Positions 1 to 14,557 of a stretch of 64,000 nt of DNA are shown here, in pieces (within the stretch, counting starts at the first letter, position 1; each line of letters opens with the position of its first letter). The notes under the pieces are model-generated. The model saw only the letters and a program-made list of their open reading frames with translations. It was not told the origin of the DNA and ran no database searches. The position numbers and the translations under genes are program-made. Source of the stretch: Octopus vulgaris (taxonomy: Eukaryota); the NCBI GenBank assembly GCA_951406725.2, contig OX597826.1, forward strand, positions 78,058,001-78,122,000, given 5' to 3'.

Positions 1-56
<56 letters not shown>

Positions 57-1210
57 ATAGATAGAAAAAAGAAAGAACTATAAAGACGAAATATCGAGAA
101 AGGAAGAAGGAGAGAAACAAGCAAGGAAAGAAAAGGAAGGAAGGAAGGATATATATTTTTAAAAAAAGCGAAAAAAAGAAAGAATGTAAAAGAGAAAGAG
201 CAAGAGTTCTGCGCCAATTCCACGGTGAACGTATTTTGGTTTGGTTTCAGGAATTAACCTCGCCGATTATTAACTGTTCACACTTGATCTTTGACCAATT
301 AGTTGTGATCCGAAACCATTGTTTGGAATTAATGTTAACTGATAGAAGTGATGGTGGTGGTGGTGATGATGATACTTGCGGTTATGGTGAGGGTGGAAGT
401 GTCTTAAGTGGGATGATGAGGCCGACGGTGGCGGATGGGGATATTTTTTAAAATATATTTGCTAATACAATTTAAAACCACAAAAAAAAAAAACGAAAAC
501 ATTGAATTATGATGATGATAATGATGATGATGATGATGATGATGATGATAGCAGATTTTTGTTTTCGTCTTCTGATATTTTTCCTGCTCCAAGTCAACAT
601 AGGTTAAGCATATGGTTTTTAGATTTATAGCTCAACATTAAAAAAAATTCTCCATGAGACTGTGTTGACGTCTGCGCCTTTTTCGAAAAAATTAATGTAA
701 TTAACGAAGCGATATGACTTACTTAATAAGAAATGAACTTCGGTCTGGAGGCTAGTCTTGCTGGCAACGTTCCCCCAAACTGCTCTTCCATCCTTGCGTT
801 CATGTTTGTATTCCAAAACAGGCACTGCCAGCAGTTTGTGTTAACCCCGATTTAATTGTTATCCCTGTTTCTTTGAGACGGAGCCATTGGCAGCGTGTGT
901 CAGAGCATGAGAATAATTTGTGGTTTGTCTGAAACAAAGAATTTCTCGATATTCCGATAGAAAACTAATTCTAATTTCACCATCACGTGATGCGATTCTA
1001 CTTAATGGAAGACAGGCAGAAACATAGAGGCATTTCTGCCTGGAGAAAAGTCAAAGTCTTCCGAGATGCAAAACTTAGTCTTCCACAGCGCATAAGGATA
1101 AAAATCCTGTAGGCAGTCTGCTTTAAATAAGATGTATGTATGTATGTATGTATATATATATATACATACATACATACATACATACATACATACATACATA
1201 CATACATACA

Positions 1211-1271
<61 letters not shown>

Positions 1272-3068
1272 AGTTCAAACAAACAATCAATAAAAGAGCA
1301 AAAAAAAGAAATATAGTAACGTGAGGTCATGCACAAGAAATATATTAATTTGACTCTCGGTTAAGGGAGAGAGTTGCTGTTAATATTTCAAGCATAGCTC
1401 TTTGTCGGGAACAGGAATATTCAAAGAGAAAGAAGGAAAAATAAGGAAAATCGCTAACAGTCCACATATATACATATATTCAAATATGCATATTTTCTGC
1501 CTGAGGTTAGCTCATCATTTTTCGGTCATTTATTTATATTTAAAAATTGTCGCTTCAAATCGGAGAATAAATATCATTGTGATATATATATACTGTAGCA
1601 TGACCGGTGATAAAGATCCACATAATGTGATATATGGTCGGTATAAGAAATGAAAAAAAGCCCTTGCACAAGAGTCGTGGGCGTGTCCCGTCTAGTGACG
1701 CTGTGTGTGTGTATGTGTGTGTGTGTGCGTGCGTTTCTCTCTACGCATACACATGCACCCACGCATATATACAAATGTAAATATATGTAGCGGCGCAAAA
1801 GCACCAATCTGTATGACCTATGTGTATGAATAACCATATTGTTTATAAAATAGAACACAAAGATGATGATGATGATGACGACGACGACGACGAAGATGTT
1901 GACAGTGGTGGTGGTGGTGGTGGTGGGGTGAATACTGATGGCGATTAAGAAGACCAATAGTTCCAATGTCTAGAATAAGAATGGTATTTATAGAACGTCT
2001 TAATTTTATTATTCTCTCCACGATCAACTCCAAAAAGCATTAATTCCTACACGATAATGAGGATTTTAGAACGTGAAAGAAACGAAAAGCGAAAGTAATC
2101 GAAGATCTACGAAGTAACGACGGATACTAAAGCACTTCCCTCTTTATTTAAATAAAATTAGCACTAGATCAGTTCTTAACCACTCGAGAAGTCGTTGGAA
2201 CTAACGTCGTAGCCAGAAGTACAAGATGGCGGAGATATGGAAAATGTTCAAGTAGCTTCCGGAAACAACATCACACACTATATCGTCCTCCGAATTGTCT
2301 TGGCCAGCAACTCCATACATATCCAACATGCAACGTCTCAAGTTAAAAGCTTTGTCGACAACTGGGCGACATGCCAGTCTTATTAGCCTATTATAAAAGT
2401 ATAATGGCCATCAAGTGGTATAAACACTTGCCTTCAACGGCTTCTGAAAAACCGAGAATTCTAATATTCTTCGCTCAGAAACAAATCGGTCAAAATCGAC
2501 CAGAAAATGAAAATGAATTGACGAGTAGCTGACATTGTGTATATGTGGTTGTGTTAAGCCGAGATCAGTTCTGAGCAAGAATTATGGTCCTTCTTGCTTC
2601 AGCGTTTACATATTTTTTTTTTTGTGCATTTAATAAACAAAATCTGTTATATTATTCATTGTGACCTCCATCGTTTTTAAGAGAGTGTGGTTTAAGGGAT
2701 ATTTCGCTACCAATTCTAGCATGTCGTGCGACTACGTGACTCATTTTCCATTTGTTTATTTTCAGTAATCAATCTACAAATTCGAAAACGGAATGAAGCC
2801 GAGAGAATCGACCTCAGTACCTGTGCGTTACTTTATTTTAGCGACCCCGAAAGAATTAAAAACAAAGTTGACCCACAGCTCCAAATTTTGACAGAAGGCC
2901 TGTAAATATTTAGAGTATGGTGGGGAGTGGTCAATGTTATTGATCTCAGGACTTGACCAGTATTTACTGTATAGATGCTGAAAGCCACTCTCGACGGAAT
3001 TTGAACTCAGAACGTAATGGATCGAAACAAATGCGACTGAGCTAACGACTCTACCACCTCGTCACATC

Positions 3069-3100
<32 letters not shown>

Positions 3101-3116
3101 TAACAACAATAACAAC

Positions 3117-3168
<52 letters not shown>

Positions 3169-3609
3169 GTTAGTAATTGTTCTTTTTATCCACAAGGGCT
3201 CATAAGATACAATAAAAAACGAAAGAACTTTAAAGAGAGGTCTTAGAAATATTTAACTCTCGGCCCAAGTTATCTAAAGATGTGTGAATCGATAAATGAC
3301 GTTATACAATTATTATGTGGAGACAATCTTAAAATTTATAAATTAAAAGCTGCTCATAATTGAAGCGAATAAGTAAAGATAAAAGATGGAAGCTGTAAAA
3401 GAGGGTTCCGCCCACATGTGGATCAAAACCTACTAGTTTCGATCAGAGCACCCCTCATCACTGCCCGCCCCCTATTTCTAATGCTTGAGCTTTTGAACAA
3501 AACTGTGTCTGTGTGGGATAAGCTTGGAAACAACATATGTCCTCAGGTTACCCTTAGATCGCGAGATTATAATAACATCTTTTTGTTGTTGTTGTTTTAA
3601 GAACCTGTC

Positions 3610-4730
3610 TTTTCAATGTCTTTTATATAACGACAACGCCCACTGATGTACAAGTCAATCATTATGGAAGATGGTGAATATTATTTCTCTGTCTTTATCG
3701 TCATCTGCATCGTTATTGTTCTAAGGAGGGATGGGGTCTCATTTATCTATTTTCTTCGTTTCTGTTGTATTCCGTTTTTCTTTCTTTCTACTTTTACATT
3801 TGACTTATCTATTTATTGAGGCACGGTTCTCTGTCCTCATTTTACCCATTCGGTTGTTCTGCGACTGCTTGAAATTTTGTTTCTATTTCCATTACCTCTC
3901 TCGCAAGACGACGGAGCGGTGTCGTTGCCTTTGCTGTAGGTTATGGTAGTGTTGGAATTGGAGATCGAGCATAAGGCGAGTTCCCATAGTATCTCAAGAC
4001 TGGAAGTGAGTGAAGCGGGTTTATTTTATTTTGGTATCGAGAACAAGGCGGACGTTTTTAGGCTGGTATCTCCAAATAACCTGTAATGTGAGTACGACAG
4101 GCTGCGCTACAAGAACAACAGTCTTTGCATCCTCCTCGATCTTTTTGTGTTTCTCAAATTGTGCTGTGCAGAAAGCCTTCAAGTGGCTTTATCTTCCACA
4201 TATATAACAACTAGCTGTTCTGCTCTTCACCATCTATTGTACTGCTTAAGACTCAGCGCCGACAACAGGGCGCATCTTGTGTCCATATGCCTTACAAAAG
4301 CAACTGAAGTCAAATCTGAGTATTGCTTCTTTAATCCTAGCAGTGTTTAGTTCCTAGTCTATGGGTAGGGATTTTGCACATAATGTTTCCTTGTCTGTAA
4401 ACTTCGTCCTCATTTTTGAAAGACAAGCGCACAATTGTATTCCTCAAATGGTCCTTTGCGAGCCATATTCACTTCGTTAAGTGAAGATAAGTTTTCTCTT
4501 TGCAGGATGTTGAATATGTTCTTTGCATAAAGAGATGTTTCAGGATTCCACACTGGAGGTAACCAGAGCAAAGATAAACCAATTTCATATGTAGACTTGT
4601 TATTCGGCGACATATGTATTTGTGTGACATTTGCGACTGTACAAGATATACGACCAAAGATAACAACGCAGGATAATGATAAAGTCAAATAAAGCAACAG
4701 ATGCCTTCTCCAGAAAGCAAGGAACTCGTC
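3610..4730 (-). pseudogene. Decayed gag/ORF1-like retroelement sequence (L1/Tx1-type ORF1 suspected)
   Basis: Minus-strand CX2CX4HX4C zinc knuckle CYICGR*SHLKAFC at 4168-4209, followed by a K/E/R-rich segment. Many stops. Limits are approximate. Confidence 0.5.
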
Positions 4731-6019
4731 CAATAAAGTTTACTTATATTTCGAAATTATTGTCGCATGATTTGGCATTAAAAGATAAATGCTCAACATT
4801 TGAAGTACCACATGTTTCCTCACATAGAGTAGAATAAAAGTGCAATGCTTTAAGCTCTGAAACCAAATTTCTTCTAACTGTCACAGCCAGAAGTTCTTCT
4901 TTACATAAATATCATGGCATGACCAATATACTTACAGTTTGCAGCTAGCTTTCATGTATCCTGATATTCGAACTAAAATGTTATATATTTGCGACGTTAG
5001 GAGTTCCTCTCGCTGCAATAACTCGCTTGAGTAATACTTTTAATGTTTGTAACAATGAATCAATTTGTTGTCGAATAATTTCTCTTTCCTCTTCATCTGT
5101 TTCAAAATTATATTTGTCATATTTTTTTTTACTCCTATGCCGTCGATTGAGTAGGTGGCTATTTTTATGCTCTTCAAATCACTCTATTTGTTTTTCCTCC
5201 AATTATTAAATCAATCTGCAACTTTATGTTGATGGATGATAAATTATTGGTCCTGTCTTAAATCTGGACACGACTAGACAAAGGCAATCTTTCTAGGTGA
5301 CTATAACTCAAGCAAGTTAACTTTAACATTATAGATGCTACAAAACTACATCGCTTATTCCTACTCGTCATCTCATTATTTGTTGAGAAATCCACATATT
5401 CCCTCCATTCTCTAAAAGTGGAAACGATTTGCTAAGATGAATTGGGTTCTAAATTAGTTACAAGTGTTCAAAATTGTAGTCTGCCCTGCAGCGAACAAAC
5501 ACTCTCTATTATTGAAATTATAAATCAGTTTGACGCAAGATTTATTAAAAAAATATTTGACGGTCTAATTCAATCATTAAATTTTGCGCTTGCGCTCTCT
5601 GACTGAATTCCAATAACGATTATTATTTTAAATAATTATTTTGTACAACTTACAAAATGTTGGCATGCTTAAATTTATATGTATTGTCTCTGCCACTTCG
5701 CTCGTTTTTGTACAACTTGATTGGATATTTCCCCATGATTTTGTATCGTGTTTATAATCTTAAAAATTGAGAGCTGTAGGCGAAAGCTTTAACATAATCA
5801 CCCAAGTAGGAATGTTACGATTTAAACAACCTTAACATGGAAGAAAACTGAAGATACAATCAGAAAAATTAAGGTTATCAAATAATGTTAGCAAGGTCTA
5901 CCTTGACTGTTGAGCACTAAAGATAAAGCTTGTAGATATGTCCCTAGAAGTACATAGATGCTAGATGGTTGCGGTGATCCTCTACCACGGGGAGAACAAA
6001 ACTAACATCCTGCAGGCTC

Positions 6020-6215
6020 AGAGGCAGCAGAAACGAAATTGTTCGGGTCAGGGAATGGAGTTATTGATCCAAAGGAATCAAGAAGGGTGGAATCCATTTC
6101 AGACCTGATCAAGACGTCACAAACCTTTACATGGCTGTTGACGGCATAAAGAGAAGACGTCACTTGAGTTATGATACAATCCATGTCCATGCTTTCTGTC
6201 CACAGCAAATGAAAT
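6020..6215 (-). pseudogene. Highly decayed CR1/Jockey-group reverse transcriptase fragment
   Basis: Pieces DRKHGHGLYHN and GFHPS*FLWINN...TRTIS resemble the RT segment DRVWHxGLLHKL...GFHPSLxxWIxSFLxxRT. Confidence 0.3.
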
Positions 6216-6494
6216 AGGAAAGCCCTCATGCACACTCACTCTTCAGCTGACATCACTACCGCAACAGCAACAACACCAACAACAGCAGCACCATCGGCAG
6301 CGTGCCGCCACAACGATAACAATGACAGCAGCTACAAAACTAGAGCCAGCAACCGTGAGAGCAACACTAGCAGGAGTAATAACGGCAGCAGGAACAGAAG
6401 CAACAACAATGATGGTAGCTTTAATACACAAATAAATAAATTCTATCCACCAATGCGGTGTCGAGCACTCATTTTCATCGTTCGACATTTACGT

Positions 6495-6556
<62 letters not shown>

Positions 6557-6559
<3 letters not shown>

Positions 6560-6795
6560 CAACTCCGTTGGACACGAATGACCTTGGCTGCACCAAAGAG
6601 GTTCCCCTCTGAAGTACAAGTCTGGGCGGAAAGTTGCCTCACCGGCGAATGCACAACCTAGGGCTGTTTTTACAGAATACCAGCGGTTGCCCATGCATAC
6701 CAGCCTCCTCTCTCCACGCCACTGATGTTATCCAAAGGAAAGGCAACGGCCGATACTGCTTGGCACGATTGACGACGCAACGCGTTTCTACAGCT
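6557..6795 (-). mobile_element. SINE or RTE-UTR-derived fragment
   Basis: GC-richer unit (minus strand CCTTTGGATAACATCAGTGGCGTGGAGAGAGGAGGCTGGTATGCATGGGC) abutting (TA)n and truncating the Penelope-like piece. Family assignment is by resemblance only. Confidence 0.45.
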
Positions 6796-6910
6796 TGAAG
6801 AACGTAGGCTCGAAACGTAAAAACTATTCTCACCTGCTCGAGCGTTAAGCTAATACACCTGATGTTGTTTATACACCTGCCTTTGTCTTTTGTTTTTCTG
6901 TAGAATTTAC
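6796..6910 (+). mobile_element. Penelope-like fragment with a 5'-truncated hammerhead
   Basis: TGAA-GAAC GTAG GCTC-GAAACGTA-AAAAC parallels the 58586 motif. The downstream GAGCGT....TAATAC is also shared. Confidence 0.45.
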
Positions 6911-7609
6911 AAACATTTATTGCCTCGCTAGGTGTGTTTCCACAAATCGCATGTCTCTTAAGATTACCCTCCATGTTCTTGAGATGATTGCAGTGTAGTC
7001 CGTCGTATCCGTGGACATCGAGTAGATCATCGTCATGAATTAATTTCTTCAGGTGTTATAGCATTAAGCGGTGTTTAACAAAGGGTTGTTTATCCCTTCT
7101 GACTAATGCGAAGGTTGATTGAGTTATATATATATAAAATTACAAGATATAGAATCAATCGGATTTGACTATTTAAGAAATGCTTGTTGTACGGTTTTGA
7201 TGCGCAGTTTTTCGTGTAAATGTGTTAACTCAAGCCTAGTGAAATTTGAAAGGTAGAAATTGAATAAAAACCCGTTAGATATAATGTATTCACCGAAGAA
7301 GCGAAGAACTTATAAGAGGAATATTTGCAATACTAAGAATTGGACGGATTTATAGGTATTCCTGCGGTAGTATCTGGTACGTTACGACAGCAAAATATAG
7401 GCATTAGCCAAGAACTCATAAATCAGGAGAACAACAGCGTACGGATCAATAGTGAATTCTTCAAAAAGTGCTTTTATCTTAACGACGTCTGATCCCAGAA
7501 GTGCTACTTGGCATATTCAACAAAGATGTGAAACAGAAATACTCTGTACACCGCAGAAATGTTATACATAGTCTTGTTTCCCATAAACGTAGAGGATGTT
7601 ACAAATATC

Positions 7610-8012
7610 CTCTCTACTATAGACAAAAAGCCTGAAATTTTGGGAGAGTCAGTCGATTACATTGGCTCCCCAGTGCTCAGCTGGTACTTATTTTATCGAC
7701 ACCGAAAGGATGAAAGGCAAAATCGACCTTGGTAGAATTTGAACTCAAAGCCTAAAGATGGATGAAACACCGCTAAGCATTTTTCCTCGGTGTACTAAAC
7801 ACTCCGCCAGCTCGCCGCCCTAAGGATGTTATTAATATTAATGTGATTTAAGACGCTGGGCTGGCTGAATCGTTAGCATGCCGGACAAAATGCTTAGCGC
7901 TCCGCGTTTATCGGGAACGATAAAATAAGTAGCAGTTTTGCCCTGTGATCGATGTAATTGAATTATCCCGTTCCACGAGCTTGCTGGCCTTGTGCGAAAA
8001 TTTGAAATCAGT
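7610..8012. mobile_element. Two head-to-head SINE family A copies (7610-7820 minus, 7848-8012 plus)
   Basis: CCGCTAAGCATTTT...CCGCCAGCTCGCCGCC, followed after a ~28-bp gap by GCTGGCTGAATCGTTAGCATGCCGGACAAAATGCTTAGCG. Confidence 0.8.
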
Positions 8013-8167
8013 ATAAACATGATGGATTCCTGACTGATATTTATATCACGTCACATTTCGATGGCTATAATTTTGCAACTGAAGAGCGGGCCATAGCTAC
8101 GAAATATCGAATGAACAAAAGAGACAGTAACGGCTTTAAATCCTTAACGATTTTATCGATTATGTCG

Positions 8168-8645
8168 ATAAGATCTGGTCATCAAATTTAAGTAGAGACT
8201 TCAAACTTGAAATCTTCAAAGCCACAGTCGAACCAATTCTACTATATGGCTCAGAAACCTGGACGTTATCAAAGAAGCTTGAGAGGCGGTTGGATGGAAC
8301 CTACACTCGCCTCCTTATGCGAGCTCAAAATCTCTCGTGGAAGCACCATCCAACCAAAATGCAAATATATGGGAAACTACCACCTGTGTCATCTCTTGTG
8401 AAAGGTAGGAGAGTCCAGTTTGCTGGACATTGTTGTAGAGCTGAAAACGAGGTAATTTCTACTCTTCTCCTCTGGAAGCCATCTACTCGCAATACCAGAG
8501 GGCGCACACTCTCCTACCCTGATGTAATCTCCAGGGATACAGGCATCCAGCAACAGGATCTCCGTAATGCCATGATGGACCGTGAAGTCTGGCGTAGCAT
8601 GGTAAATTCCATTGTCTCGACCAAGGTCGAACAATGATGATGATG
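8168..8645 (+). mobile_element. 5'-truncated RTE-clade LINE (ORF C-terminus plus (GAT)n tail)
   Basis: Open frame LEIFKATVEPILLYGSETWTLSKKLERRLDGTYTRLLMRA...FAGHCCR...AMMDREVWRSMV, typical of the RTE C-terminal region. The stop runs into TGATGATGATGA. Candidate TSD ATGTCG at 8162-8167 and 8646-8651. Confidence 0.88.
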
Positions 8646-9037
8646 ATGTCGCATTTCTGTATACGATATTACACGTGTAATCATCAGCTATCCCAAAGTT
8701 GTTATCAAGTTACTATTTCCCACTGTGATATGGTGCTGTCGCTATGGTGAAGCACAATATCATTCGTAGGAAAGACTCTCCCGGGATGAATATAAACAAC
8801 GCCAAAACAATTCATGCATTCATTTGAACACAAGGAAAAATTGATGGAACCAATAAACTTTGTGATGAACCAGGAATATGGATGGAACCTGTATTCTTGT
8901 CAAACCGTCTGCCGAGTGCAAACGTTACAGGTTGGATACAGGTGCTCGGATGAAAAAAGAAAGACCATGTTCAATCGTAAAGGTCAAGTGACTTGCAGAA
9001 CATCTTCCAAACTCAGTGAGAGAAAGAGAGACAGAGC

Positions 9038-9076
<39 letters not shown>

Positions 9077-9774
9077 AGAATGAGAGAGAGAGAGCTGGGG
9101 ATAATAATGGACAAATGATCCGAAACCTACAGCTTAACTACCCTGAATATTAATTCACATCTCTAACAATAAATATTGAAGCTCTTCTCTATGTTGCCCA
9201 ATGTGAAGTTCCATTGTGGGAAAATGTTTTTAGGCAGGATGTGTGCAGCCGACAAACAGTTTACAAATACGATCAGTAAGAGGGACAGTACATATATTAA
9301 AGACTTTCCAAAAGTTCAGCATGTAACACTTGCATCCAAATTGCAACAATAGATCTTTGTTTATGTGTTAGGCACCAGAACCGTCTTAAAGCGAAGAATT
9401 GAAATAATTAAGAAAGAAATGCACAATAGGCACCGCCAAAACACGCATGTATTCGTCCGCAGACACACTTAAACACACATTTAAACGCGCGCTCACACAC
9501 ACACGCACACACATATTCACATACGCTGCACGATTACACAAGCCTATATACATACATACATACATACATACATACATACATACATACATACATACATACA
9601 TACAAACATACATACATACATACATACATACATACATACATACATACATACATACATACATAGAAAAACTAAGACACATATTTACAGAAATCAGATTCCG
9701 CCCCACCACGATCTCTCTTCTTCCACATCACACACGAACATAAGATACATTAACACTCTTAAGTACAGTCTCTA

Positions 9775-9820
<46 letters not shown>

Positions 9821-10119
9821 CTCTACAGAAGCACATATCTTTACACACATGTATATTTACATATCCACACACACACACGTCAGAAACAGTGAGTTGTCAA
9901 TAACACAATGTCTTCTAATGGAATTAGTTGAAAAGCTGCATTGTGTTTAGTAATCCCACCATTTAAACAGAACTATTGAGAATTGACCAACGTCTTGTTT
10001 GGATTGTCACATATTTCCCAGCATACCCTGCTCCAGCAGTAGATCGGCATTCACTTTCGCAGAAAATATTACATTCACAGACACAAACACACATACACAC
10101 CAGTGCAAAGAGACAAACA

Positions 10120-10182
<63 letters not shown>

Positions 10183-10198
10183 TATATATATATATAAT

Positions 10199-10244
<46 letters not shown>

Positions 10245-10380
10245 CATGTATGTATGTATGCATATATAATTATATATATATATATATGTATATGAATGTT
10301 TGTATATCAACGTGAATACATATATACAGATATACCCAGACGCATACTCACACACTAACACACACACACATGCATGCATA

Positions 10381-10497
<117 letters not shown>

Positions 10498-11322
10498 ACT
10501 AGAGAGTGAGAGAGAGAGAGGGGAAAGAGAGAGAGAATGAGCGGTGTATGTATATGTGTGTGTTAGCACGTGTGTCTGGCTGAGTGCTTTTCATCAAGCC
10601 AAACGGTTTTGCGTGTTTGCGTTGTGAGAAATAAATATCTTTACTGGTAGACAGTTGTATAATAATATATAATTCCTGTTTTGAATATCTCTTCTGTTGG
10701 TGTGAAATAACATTGTTATTACATATGGTATCTGTAGCTGTCGATTGCTTCTTGTCATTTCTTCCATATCACATCCTGTGTACGCCAACTCTTTATTTTT
10801 CTATTCATCAATCACACCATCAAATATTGCATCAGACAATTAATCAATCAACAATGCCTCTCCATTTATCGATATATCTACCTTCCTTTGCATATGGCGT
10901 TTATTCCTTTATTTGTTTCAGTCATTGGACAGCGGCCATGTTAGGACACCCTTTCAAGGGCGTTTAGTCGGACACATCCGCCCCCACCGCAATTCTCGTT
11001 CTTATATTTTTCATTCTCCTACTTATTCTATTGGTTACTTTTACCTTAAGGGGACGTTATCTTAAAGGGGACGCAAACAAAACTACACCTGTCCTCAAGC
11101 AGTAGAGGTCGATAAACATACACACACACAAACTTGTATGTATGTATCTATGTGTGTATGTATATAAACGACGAGTTTCCATATACTTTTTGTTTACCAC
11201 TCAGAAGGCATTGGTCCACCCGGTGCTAGAATAGAAGCAACTTCTCCCAAGGCGTAACACAAGGTGGGGGTGAAGCTGGAACCATATGACTTCCAAACAA
11301 ACCTCTTAACCACACAGCCATG

Positions 11323-11388
<66 letters not shown>

Positions 11389-12415
11389 TACATGCATATG
11401 AACGTATGTATATCTATCTATCTATTTGTAGATAGATAGATAGATAGATAGATAGACAGACGGACAGACAGACAGGCTGACAGGCAGACAGACAGACTGA
11501 CAGACAGACAGACAGACAGGCAGATAGATAGATACATTTATAGATAGATACGTACATAATGTTTGATTTTATGTCCGGTTATAATAAAATCAATTGTGTT
11601 TTGATCTGAACGGTGACTTCATACTTTTGTAGAGTTTTTTTTTAAAAGAATAGCACTGATAGTGACTTCGAATCTTCGCCCATCATCGGACATTTTATAT
11701 ATATGTGTGCGTGTGCGTACGTGTGTGTGTGTGTGTGTGTGTGTGTGCATGTGTGCATGCGTGTGTTTGCGTGTGTGTGTGTGTGCATGCATGTGTGTGT
11801 GTGTACGTGTTCATCCGTCTCTCCAATAGAAGCCATAAACGGAAAGAAACGGTTGATATTGGGAAGACTAAAAGACTATACTTACAAAAATACCTGAATT
11901 TGAACTTCCAAATCTGCTTTCTCCTTGGCAGAAGTCTGAAGCCACATACTGAGTAGTTCCAAAACTATTGTCATTTTTCTTTCTTTATATCATTTAGAAT
12001 GAAAATGATAAACCGAATTATACTTCGAAATAATATAATGAATTATTCAGGTCTTTAGTTATAGAGACGAAGCACAATAACAAAGAGAATTGTGTACTTT
12101 TATACTTTCACTTCTTTTTCGTGTGGAAATAGAACTATTCAACTGTGTACTCGTATAATGTGTGCGTATGTATGTATGTGTGTATATATGAGTGTTTGTG
12201 TATGTGTGTGTAACACACAATATACAAACACAAACACACACGTATATATATAAAAATCAAGCTAAATATTGATATTTTGAATTCGTTTAGTACACGTGTT
12301 TCAGATCATTATGCGAGGAGAAAAAGATTTCACCTTTTACATAACATCTTTTTCAATATACTAATATTATATCAAAATTTAGTTGGACTTAGTTATTATA
12401 TTTTAAGAAAATGTA

Positions 12416-12452
<37 letters not shown>

Positions 12453-12499
12453 CGACGACGACGATGATAATTAACTATACTATGAACCGTATTATTAGA

Positions 12500-13070
12500 T
12501 ATGCAATACCTTGAAGAAAAAACAGATGGCTGTCGCCGCTGCATACCTTTTAACCATATTAGGCAATATAAATCTCAGCGACGACGAAATCTAAGAATAA
12601 ATATAAATAAGAACAGTTAAAGAACATTCTTTCAATTTCTCTAACTGATCCAGTTCCAAATTCTTAGAACAAATAATGATAGTTTTATTCTTGCTAGTGT
12701 CAGGGTGTCTTTTATAATTGTTTACTCTGTTATGACAGCGTATAATTTTTAATTCTGTTGTGTCTCTGGAAACAGTATTAAAATCTCCCACACGTTGCAG
12801 ATCGTTTTATAAAAAAAAAATATTTCTGTTCCAGGGAGTTTTTTAAAAGTGTTTAAATCCGTCTTCTTATTTTCCTTTTTCATAAAATTCACACGAAGAC
12901 TCACGCTCCCCAACACACTCATAATTTCATTTATATTTCCACAGTCGGAAGCAAAGCACATACGGCTGATCGACGAATTCTTTCTCATATCGGTGACACT
13001 AGGTTTTGCCGTATATCTTTTATATAACTAGGCGTTCCACAAAAAGATTATCCTTAACAAGTCCACCGAT
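12500..13070 (-). pseudogene. Possible decayed LINE apurinic-type endonuclease fragment
   Basis: VGDFN motif at about 12791-12777, preceded by TPWNRNIFF in another frame. Otherwise poorly conserved. Confidence 0.3.
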
Positions 13071-13285
13071 GCCAGTTGAACAGGAATTCATTAGCATGTA
13101 ACTGTAATGAGAGCTCGTTTATCATTACAACAGACGTTTAAAGAAATTAAATTAAATATTTATTTTAATATAGATTTGCTAGATATCTTTTTTTTTTACA
13201 AATAAACAGCTTACAAAACGGGATTTTTCAAAGTTTTATCACTCTAACTTATTTACTGTATAACTAAAAATATTTATGACATATT

Positions 13286-13322
<37 letters not shown>

Positions 13323-13415
13323 ATATATATATATATATATATAGACATTATTGTTTGTATGATATAGATATATGATATGATATGATATATTTATACATAT
13401 ATATATATATCTATA

Positions 13416-13471
<56 letters not shown>

Positions 13472-13542
13472 AATACATACATATACATACATACATACAT
13501 ACATACATACATACATACATACATACATACATACACACATAC

Positions 13543-13576
<34 letters not shown>

Positions 13577-13884
13577 GCATGTATGTATATGTATGTATGC
13601 GCGCATGTGCGTTTGTGTGTGTATACGCATGTTGATATGGAACTACTTTTTCTCGGTTTTCATCAATAATTAATTTGAATAATGCCAAGTTTTAAATTCT
13701 AAACTTTTCGATACCTAAGTTAATAAACATTAAAATAATTCATACCAAAACGGATCTTAAACTTCATCCAAATTTCTCACACGACTTCCATTCGTAACGT
13801 CTGTATCTTTATTTGTCGTTGCTTCTTATCTCTTCACCCATATATTTAATACAACCTTGCTACTTCGGCCATTTTCATTCTGTT

Positions 13885-14345
13885 TATTATCGTTATTATT
13901 GTTATTTATTGTCTTTGTACAGCTTCTAACGCTGTAGATGTACTACGGTGCCAGCTGTTCACTACCTGTGAACTAAGGTAACACCCCTTATTTTTCGGGC
14001 ACCATCCGGAGTATTCGAGCGGTGCCAGGCAGTGCTGTTTTCTGCAAGTGATCCACCCTTATTGCAGCCCCTATTTGTTCCATGTACTTCTCAAGATTTT
14101 TATTCACTGTTCCTTGGGCGCCGACAATTGTTGTTACTACCTTCTTCAGCGACCACAACTGCTTAACTTCCCAAGCTACCCTGTCATATCTCTCGACTTT
14201 TCTTTCTTCCTTATCGCATACCTTGTTGTCCACTGGGCATGCTACATCTATGATCCAGCATTGTTTGCATTCTTTCTCATTTAACACTATGCCTGGCTTC
14301 CTATTCTCTATCTCATGGTCGCACTGAATCATAAAATCCCACTTA
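13885..14345 (-). mobile_element. 5'-truncated R4/Dong-type non-LTR retrotransposon (restriction-like endonuclease C-terminus)
   Basis: WDFMIQCDHEIENRKPGIV...CWIIDVACPVD...KVERYDRVAWEVKQLW...IVGAQG...LQKTALPGTARILR is an RLE (PD-D/ExK) domain. The 3' UTR ends in a degenerate (TAA)n run. Confidence 0.85.
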
Positions 14346-14510
14346 AAATCTGCACTTATCGCTTTCTGATGTGTTGTCTATTCTCTATTTGATGTAATTG
14401 GTTCTTAATGCTTGCTCTTGGGCAGCACAGATTAGAGCCTCTGTTTCCGGTTTTAATTCCCTTTTAGTTATCTATAGTCATCTTTCTACATAATAATAAT
14501 AATAATAATA

Positions 14511-14557
<47 letters not shown>

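Noticed and set aside
1060-1085. Minus-strand TGGAAGACTAAG resembling mature miR-7
   Set aside because: Similarity ends after about 10 nt and there is no simple pre-miRNA hairpin.
2200-2390. YY1-like CAAGATGGCGG plus ETS-like CCGGAA, suggesting a promoter or first exon
   Set aside because: The ATG frame stops after 9 codons, and no recognisable product or splice donor follows. The motifs alone are insufficient.
4410-4733. 107-aa ORF with a signal-peptide-like N-terminus (envelope protein?)
   Set aside because: It starts at a non-ATG codon and lies in a stop-riddled region upstream of a gag-type knuckle. More likely an off-frame reading of a decayed ORF1.
8645-8695. Minus-strand CTGATGA...GAAATGCGACATC
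   Set aside because: Stem I does not pair adjacent to the core, and stem II is irregular.
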